This document shows, piece by piece, positions 58,166 to 64,000 of a DNA stretch of 64,000 bases; position 1 is the stretch's first letter, and each line of letters begins with the position of its first letter. The notes beneath the pieces were generated by a model. The model did no database searches. It had not been told where the DNA came from and worked only from the letters and a program-made list of their open reading frames with translations. The position numbers were made by a program, and so were the translations under genes. The stretch lies in the IMG/VR virus record IMGVR_UViG_3300010354_006541, positions 5,855-69,854 of that record; one strand, written 5' to 3'. This DNA is from a virus.

Positions 58166-59216
58166 GTTTATTAACTTTGAATACTTTCGATTGAACGAAC
58201 AGCAATCGTACGAAAAAATCACCTCCGAAATATACTCAGCATCGTTACAAGGGTATACTTCAGTGATAGGACTTATGTTGGCCGACGGATTTCTTTACAA
58301 AAATAATGATAGATGGAATATACTACATAACAATATTATAGAGTATGCTAAATCATTAGGAATTAAAATTTCTATAATTTCGGGTATGAGTCATAAAAAT
58401 AATGTTAACTGCGAAACTATTCCTTTTAATTTTTATCTTCATACTGTATGGATGAGTTATAAAAATCGGCAAGTGGGCACCTACAATTCGAACACCGGAA
58501 AATTTTTATTTCTAGGAGGTGTTCCTGATAGAGATAATAGAATTGGTTTACTTTATAATTTATATAAACAAGATTTACTAAAAAATGCAGAGTGGAGTTT
58601 TTTTACTCCTTGGACCGAAACACAAAAAGAAAATTCTTTGAAATATTTTTCTTGCATTGATGATTACGAAAACTTTGTAGAGTTTGCCGCACGTGGTGTG
58701 GATGACTTATACGACTCTTCTAAACATTATGGCACTGGTGAAATTCCAATAGCCACAGAATGGACCAACGATTCTGCATGGATTGAACCTGCGGTCTTTC
58801 ATAAGACCAGCCTGAGTTTAATATCAGAAGGACACCCCGGTGACGAAAACAACAACAGTGAGTTTGCCACTGAAAAAATTTATAGAGTATTCGTTCAAGG
58901 ACATCCTTTTCTATTAGCAGCGAATCCATCAATCTTCAAGCATCTTAAAGATTTAGGATTTAAAACATTTGAAAATTATTTTCCTATTCAGGATTATGCC
59001 ACAGTCTATCCAGAAGAAACAAGATTAGAAAAGTTAGTGGAAAATTTAAAATACTTCGTATCTAACGACATAGATTTTGGTTCTGACGTAGAATTTAACA
59101 AACAACATTTTTGGAAACTAGCAGAAGAAAATGTAAAAATACTAGACAGTTTGAATGCTGATCCTAGTGATATAGATTTTTATTTTAATCGGAAAGGGTT
59201 TGGACACTTACTATGA
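58155..59216 (+). CDS. Glycosyltransferase-like protein
   Basis: FLFLGG...R, ISE....F.TEK......HPF......LK.LGFKTF, resembling the GT10-type TEK motif. Confidence 0.45.
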   Translation: MKSKFINFEYFRLNEQQSYEKITSEIYSASLQGYTSVIGLMLADGFLYKNNDRWNILHNNIIEYAKSLGIKISIISGMSHKNNVNCETIPFNFYLHTVWMSYKNRQVGTYNSNTGKFLFLGGVPDRDNRIGLLYNLYKQDLLKNAEWSFFTPWTETQKENSLKYFSCIDDYENFVEFAARGVDDLYDSSKHYGTGEIPIATEWTNDSAWIEPAVFHKTSLSLISEGHPGDENNNSEFATEKIYRVFVQGHPFLLAANPSIFKHLKDLGFKTFENYFPIQDYATVYPEETRLEKLVENLKYFVSNDIDFGSDVEFNKQHFWKLAEENVKILDSLNADPSDIDFYFNRKGFGHLL

Positions 59217-60268
59217 AAATAGTATCTAACAATGATTGGGATCCGCTCAAAGAAATAATAGTCGGTCGTGCAGACAAGGCTCGTGTACCTACAGTCGATC
59301 TCAGTACTATGAGCATGAGTTATACCAACTATAGTATAGAAAAGATAAAACCTTTAGAAGGAGAATATCCTCAGTGGTTAATAGATGAAGCCAACGAAGA
59401 TGCCGAGGAACTATGTTCAGTGTTGACACAGGCCGGAGTAAAAGTTCACAGGCCGGAATATGTAGATCATTCTAAAACATTTTCTACACCCGATTGGACC
59501 ACTACCGGTTGGTATACATGGTGTCCTAGAGATCTGTTATTACCATTAAACAATCTAATGATCGAAACTCCTAGTCCTTGCCGCAGCAGACTATTTGAAA
59601 CAAGAGCATATCATAATATAATGATAGATGCGGTCAAAGACGGAACCGAATGGATCGCTGCTCCAAAGCCTAGATTGTTAGACGAGTCATATCAGTTTAA
59701 AGAATTGAGTAAGCCCAGTCTCAATAACTTAGAACCTATATTTGATGCTCCTAATTGTATAAGATTAGGACGAGATATTTTGTTTCAGATCTCTAACACT
59801 GGTAATTGGTTAGGATTCCAGTGGTTAAAAAATACTCTAGAGCCTAGAGGTTATAGACTACATGCAGCAGAACATATCTACAGTTTTGCACACTTTGACA
59901 GTACTATCATTCCGCTTCGTCCAGGTTTGGTATTATTAAACAGCACAAGAGTTACACCTCGTAATTGTCCTAAATTATTTGCCGACTGGGATAAGATATA
60001 TTTCAGTGATGTAAATGTGAATGCTGTCACTCAGAGTGGACCGGGAAGTGTAAGTCCATGTAGCCCCTACATAGGAATGAATATCCTTAGTATAGATCAA
60101 AATACAGTAATAGTCGGGAGAGATCAAACTAATCTCATCAGCGTATTAGAACAGAAAGGATTCACTGTTATCCCCACTAGAATGCGTCATGCACAAACAC
60201 TCAGCGGCGGGTATCATTGTGCTACATTAGACCTAGTTCGAGAAGGAAATCTTGAGGATTATTTTTAA
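59213..60268 (+). CDS. Amidinotransferase (AGAT/StrB1-like)
   Basis: NDWDPLKEIIVG, CPRD, FDA.N, H.DST, GG.HC.T.D..R (Cys-His-Asp triad). Confidence 0.9.
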   Translation: MKIVSNNDWDPLKEIIVGRADKARVPTVDLSTMSMSYTNYSIEKIKPLEGEYPQWLIDEANEDAEELCSVLTQAGVKVHRPEYVDHSKTFSTPDWTTTGWYTWCPRDLLLPLNNLMIETPSPCRSRLFETRAYHNIMIDAVKDGTEWIAAPKPRLLDESYQFKELSKPSLNNLEPIFDAPNCIRLGRDILFQISNTGNWLGFQWLKNTLEPRGYRLHAAEHIYSFAHFDSTIIPLRPGLVLLNSTRVTPRNCPKLFADWDKIYFSDVNVNAVTQSGPGSVSPCSPYIGMNILSIDQNTVIVGRDQTNLISVLEQKGFTVIPTRMRHAQTLSGGYHCATLDLVREGNLEDYF

Positions 60269-61743
60269 TGCAGAATATTATTTCCAGACATATGATCAGT
60301 GATAACTTTGTAGGTTTGCCTTTATATAAGGGGCAACGCTACTCTAAAGATGATCTGTCTTCAAAAATTGATCTATGGAAATATATTTTAAAATACAAAT
60401 GTTCCGCAAAAGCAGGAGAGTCCATCCTTATAGGTATGCAGGTACTGAATATAGATTATCTTGCTATTTGTTTTGCTTCCGCAGAATTATCTTTACGTAT
60501 TGTTATTGTTGATTATAGTAGGAACGATGATTTCAAAGATCTTACCTATTACGATCCTAAGACTAAAATTCTATCACCTATAGATATATTCTTACACGAT
60601 TTTTCTAAAGAAGAATTTGAACAACATCCTAAAGCATTATCTAAGTTTACATTTTTTTCTCAATGTGCTAATCGAACATATAGTATCTATAATGACATAG
60701 ACTTCACTGTAGAGAACACAGAAGAATTTTCTAATGCTAAAAACATTTTTCCTAGTCCAGATGATATTGCTATGAGATGCACCAGTAGTGGTACTACCGG
60801 TACTCCTAAGATAGTAGAACATACTCACGAGTTTCTTTATAAAGTTTCTGTTCGAAACTCAGGAAAATTTTTCGGTCAATGCTTACATATTAGAAATTTA
60901 AATCACGGTAGTAGTCTTGCAGTGTATCTCTTACCTACATTAGTCAGCGATCGAGTTTCAACTCATATATTCTACGATCTCGGAGCGAGAGATACAGTAG
61001 ATGGTGTAGACGAAATCGAACCATTCGATAATTTTATTATTGATTTTAAAGATTTTACCGATACACTAGACTATGTAATATTCCCCTATCCTTTTATGAT
61101 AGATAAATTCATAGATGCTAGTATTAGACACAAAGTGCAATGGCCTAATCTAAATGTTCAGACACTGTCTTACATACAGGATAAACCTAAGCAGGCAATT
61201 GCTAATGGTATAATTAAATCTGTTACGAGTATATTCGGATCAAATGAAACCAGCGGCCCAGTTTTTGTTGCCTATATTGATAAGGACCGTGTTAATCAAG
61301 ACTCTGCATTGTTTGATAGCATAGATGATTTTTATAAAATAAACTTGTACGAAGGTGGAGTATTGGGCGTAACTATGCCTGTATATGAATCAGAGATTAT
61401 TACTAACGACATATTTGAAAAACAAGGAATTTTTTATAGGCATCGGGGACGCAGCGACTTAGTTAAAATTAATGGTGAAGTATTAGACATTAAAATAATA
61501 AACGAATTAAATTCTAATAACACATCTGCATACCTAATTACCGATACTGTAAAAAACTGTTTGTATCTAGCATTTTGGGATACACAGGATGATGCTACAG
61601 TAAAAGAATATTCTAATTTTTTCTCTAATAATTTTAATCGTATACAAATAGACAAGACTGCGGTGTTAAATAAAAATAAGTTCTTAACGGGTATAAAAAT
61701 AGACAACGAACTACTCAGAGAATATTTTAGAAATTATGTTTGA
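60268..61743 (+). CDS. ANL-superfamily adenylate-forming enzyme
   Basis: TSSGTTGTPK (A3), FGSNET (A5), TND (A7), GRSD..KING (A8), terminal KID (A10). Confidence 0.8.
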   Translation: MQNIISRHMISDNFVGLPLYKGQRYSKDDLSSKIDLWKYILKYKCSAKAGESILIGMQVLNIDYLAICFASAELSLRIVIVDYSRNDDFKDLTYYDPKTKILSPIDIFLHDFSKEEFEQHPKALSKFTFFSQCANRTYSIYNDIDFTVENTEEFSNAKNIFPSPDDIAMRCTSSGTTGTPKIVEHTHEFLYKVSVRNSGKFFGQCLHIRNLNHGSSLAVYLLPTLVSDRVSTHIFYDLGARDTVDGVDEIEPFDNFIIDFKDFTDTLDYVIFPYPFMIDKFIDASIRHKVQWPNLNVQTLSYIQDKPKQAIANGIIKSVTSIFGSNETSGPVFVAYIDKDRVNQDSALFDSIDDFYKINLYEGGVLGVTMPVYESEIITNDIFEKQGIFYRHRGRSDLVKINGEVLDIKIINELNSNNTSAYLITDTVKNCLYLAFWDTQDDATVKEYSNFFSNNFNRIQIDKTAVLNKNKFLTGIKIDNELLREYFRNYV

Positions 61744-61987
61744 TAAGCATCTCAGTGAAAGTAAAGTTACATATCTGTCGCATCTAGGATGGGCATTGCT
61801 TGCGGGTGTGCGTTTAATTTTTTCTGGGTTCGCTAGTATCATACACGGGTTCGTGCCGACGCTGTTTAATGGAACTACCCCAAGAACAATAATTGATATC
61901 TATCATTCACATTTGGAAAATCATCCCAATAGTGAATATAAAGATATGATAAATGAGGCCAAGAAAAAATATGAAAAAAAGAATTAG
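61736..61987 (+). CDS. Small hydrophobic protein (resembles DUF6356)
   Basis: HL......Y..H..W............IHG..P.LF. Confidence 0.55.
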   Translation: MFDKHLSESKVTYLSHLGWALLAGVRLIFSGFASIIHGFVPTLFNGTTPRTIIDIYHSHLENHPNSEYKDMINEAKKKYEKKN

Positions 61988-63206
61988 TATAGTAGGGGCA
62001 GGAACTTCTGGATACCTATCTGTTTTATATTTTTGTACAAAATATCCCGACTACGACATTACTTGGATATACCCAGAAAACAATGTTACTATTGGAGTAG
62101 GTGAAGGAACTGTACCTCAGGTAACGGAATTTCTTAAAGATCTTGGTATAACATTCAAACATGTTATAGAAGATATCGGGGGTAGTTTAAAGTTAGGAAT
62201 TAAATTAGAAAACTTTCTAGAAGAAGATTTCTTTCATCCGTTTGGTGGCCCAGACGAAGAAACAGCCGAACTGGTCTATATCATGGAAAACAATAAGATT
62301 CCAGAAAACATTGAATCTTACGATATATCATTTCATTTCAGTGTTGCTAATCTTGCAAAATTTTTAGATAAGTGGTTTGAAAGATTTGATAACCTTAAGA
62401 TAGAAAGAAGAACAGTAAATTCTGTAGATGAAGTTGACTGTGATTGGTTAATTGATTGTACAGGATTTAGAAGATCGTTTATTAATAATTATTTTGAAAA
62501 TAACTTTGTTCCAATTGATAAATCTATTCCGAATAATAAAGCATTTGTTTATAGGGCCGCTATACCAGATCATAAGAGATTTGCCTATACAACGTGCATA
62601 GGAATGAAACATGGATGGATATGGAATATACCTTTAAAAAATGAAATCGGTATGGGTTATGTTCACGACGACCGTTTCGACGTCAAAGAGGAATTTTTAA
62701 GTTATCTAGAACAAGAAGGTTTTGGCCGTCCTGAAGTACGCGAAGTTCGCATGGTTACAGGAAGAAATAAAAATCATTTTAAGGATTTAGGAAATAAAAA
62801 AATTGTTTCTGTGGGATTAAGTAGTGCATTTTTAGAACCCCTAGAAGCAACAGGTTTATATTTTACTGTCTTTGGAATTCAAAAACTAGATGACCTCATA
62901 CATGAAAAGATGAGTCCGGAAGAATATAATACGGCCCTTAACTATGAATTTGATGTAACAGTTGATTTTATTGTAGCACATTATAAATTTAGTCATCATA
63001 CCAACGAGTATTGGAACTTCTATAAGAATGTTTCTATAGAGTTATATAGACCAAATAATGCATTTCCGATAAGATCTTGGGGATATATCTTAAGAGATAA
63101 ATCGAAGATTCCTAAAATTACAGATAATCAAATTTCTAAACTCAAAGATGCAGATTCGTACTACGAATGGTACAAAAAATATTTTGACAGGGAGTTGGTT
63201 AATTGA
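61971..63206 (+). CDS. Flavin-dependent halogenase (tryptophan halogenase family)
   Basis: GAGTSG, GVGEGT, K.GIK (catalytic Lys position), DCTGF, GWIWNIP (WxWxIP), FLEPLEATG. Confidence 0.85.
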   Translation: MKKRISIVGAGTSGYLSVLYFCTKYPDYDITWIYPENNVTIGVGEGTVPQVTEFLKDLGITFKHVIEDIGGSLKLGIKLENFLEEDFFHPFGGPDEETAELVYIMENNKIPENIESYDISFHFSVANLAKFLDKWFERFDNLKIERRTVNSVDEVDCDWLIDCTGFRRSFINNYFENNFVPIDKSIPNNKAFVYRAAIPDHKRFAYTTCIGMKHGWIWNIPLKNEIGMGYVHDDRFDVKEEFLSYLEQEGFGRPEVREVRMVTGRNKNHFKDLGNKKIVSVGLSSAFLEPLEATGLYFTVFGIQKLDDLIHEKMSPEEYNTALNYEFDVTVDFIVAHYKFSHHTNEYWNFYKNVSIELYRPNNAFPIRSWGYILRDKSKIPKITDNQISKLKDADSYYEWYKKYFDRELVN

Positions 63207-63688
63207 TAAAATTCTATACCACAATAGAAAACTTTTGGCAGGAAGATCTTAAAAATCATTCTTATGCTAGGACCGTTCCATTTGTGGCTAGAAATTTCGA
63301 TCATCTAGATCGAAACTATTATAATAGAGATCATCTTTTACAAAGTTTCAATGACGAGTTACCTTGTGCAGATAGATTCGAGCAAGTACTGAATGTTAAG
63401 AATTCTTCCGTAAGTTGGACATGTATTCTCCCCAACACCATCCTACCTACTCATAGAGACACATTCTATACTCTTCGTCAACAGCATAATGTAGAAATAG
63501 ATCAATGTTTTAGGTATTTGATTTTTTTAGAAGATTGGTCTTTTGGGCATATTGCTGTATTCGAAAATAATATTATAACAAATTGGAAAGCCGGGAATGT
63601 TTGGATTTTTGATTCGGAAGAATTACACTACGCAGTCAACGCCAGCAATGTTCCTTTTCACAGTTGTCAGGTTAGTACATTCAAATAA
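63203..63688 (+). CDS. Fe(II)/2OG-type oxygenase
   Basis: P...LPTHRD, RYLIFLEDW..GH, H.A.N. Confidence 0.75.
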   Translation: MIKFYTTIENFWQEDLKNHSYARTVPFVARNFDHLDRNYYNRDHLLQSFNDELPCADRFEQVLNVKNSSVSWTCILPNTILPTHRDTFYTLRQQHNVEIDQCFRYLIFLEDWSFGHIAVFENNIITNWKAGNVWIFDSEELHYAVNASNVPFHSCQVSTFK

Positions 63689-63713
63689 AAAGGGCACCTA
63701 GGTGCCCTTTTTT
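63687..63713. terminator. Bidirectional intrinsic terminator
   Basis: AAAAAGGGCACC-TA-GGTGCCCTTTTTT perfect palindrome with U-tracts on both strands, between convergent genes. Confidence 0.85.
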
Positions 63714-63726
63714 ATCAAGTTAATTA

Positions 63727-64000
63727 TTATGGATTCAAACCGTACAATGGTAATCCATACTCTGTGTTACCAACTTTAACTTTTAGATAATTTACAACTC
63801 CGCCACCTACATTAACCTGTCCTGAACCGCCGCCTGCTGTAACAACAGAACCAGAATGCAGATTTAGAATTTTATTCACACCGTCAAAGGCTAACACACT
63901 ATCGAAACCCGTGCCATTCCAGAATGCGAAATCCATCTTACTTGGAATGTAACCATCAACGGGTGTATTTTCTACATTGACTCTCAGGGTACACATAAGA
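63727..64000 (-). CDS. C-terminal end of a probable tail-fibre/virion protein (truncated by window)
   Basis: Frame open to window edge; Gly-rich, ends YLKVKVG..EY.LPLY. Confidence 0.5.
   Translation of the reverse strand, partial: LMCTLRVNVENTPVDGYIPSKMDFAFWNGTGFDSVLAFDGVNKILNLHSGSVVTAGGGSGQVNVGGGVVNYLKVKVGNTEYGLPLYGLNP

Noticed and set aside
59213-60268. Amidinotransferase as the archaeosine (G+) forming enzyme
   Set aside because: Known G+ synthesis uses ArcS, QueF-like or GAT-QueC; this protein has AGAT/StrB1-type motifs
766-61706. Many 60-160 aa ORFs antisense or out of frame within longer genes (e.g. 9620-9976, 15243-15713, 17495-17932, 34886-35365, 35878-36264, 36202-36474)
   Set aside because: Shadow ORFs of well-supported genes or of the tRNA-like RNA; no RBS or motifs
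36376-63688. Classical RiPP cluster with a short precursor peptide
   Set aside because: Intergenic gaps are under ~45 bp; no leader/core-like ORF, RRE/PqqD domain, peptidase or exporter seen in the island. A precursor elsewhere cannot be excluded
1-64000. CRISPR array, DGR/retron reverse transcriptase, integrase/transposase, introns or inteins
   Set aside because: No regularly spaced DNA repeats and no RT, recombinase or splicing motifs seen by eye
1-64000. Stop-codon reassignment as in some large phages
   Set aside because: Genes tile densely under the standard code and TAA, TAG and TGA all end conserved proteins at expected positions

Overview
The window looks like part of a large T4-like (myovirus-type, probably jumbo) dsDNA phage genome. 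It is AT-rich, densely coding and uses the standard genetic code. IscU, IscA, FdxA and KdsA point to a Gram-negative, probably proteobacterial, host (inference). There are four zones. (1) 1-4.5 kb: replication, nucleotide and chaperone genes (dCMP deaminase, ferredoxin, clamp loader, cytidylyltransferase, MazG-like, GroES, a mini DnaE fragment). (2) 4.5-22.7 kb: baseplate/tail-fibre module with an embedded subtilisin. (3) 22.8-36.3 kb: auxiliary genes (iscA, iscU, sod, uvsE, kdsA, queD, thyX, Hc1-like), near-consensus sigma70 promoters, a pseudoknot in the queD leader and a 110-nt tRNA-like RNA with no canonical anticodon loop. (4) 36.4-63.7 kb: a ~27 kb island of ~33 mostly tailoring enzymes. 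It holds 8 radical SAM enzymes, 9 Fe(II)/2OG-type oxygenases, 2 kinase-like proteins, 2 SDRs, a QueC-like ATPase, a PLP enzyme, an amidinotransferase, an adenylating enzyme, a flavin halogenase and nucleotide-sugar enzymes. Its three internal divergent junctions carry back-to-back TAA[A/G]TA-N4-5-ATG elements resembling T4 late promoters, a motif also seen upstream of structural genes. This suggests a late-expressed, largely leaderless, phage-encoded biosynthetic or virion-tailoring system. All family calls come from motif recognition by eye; no database searches were run.
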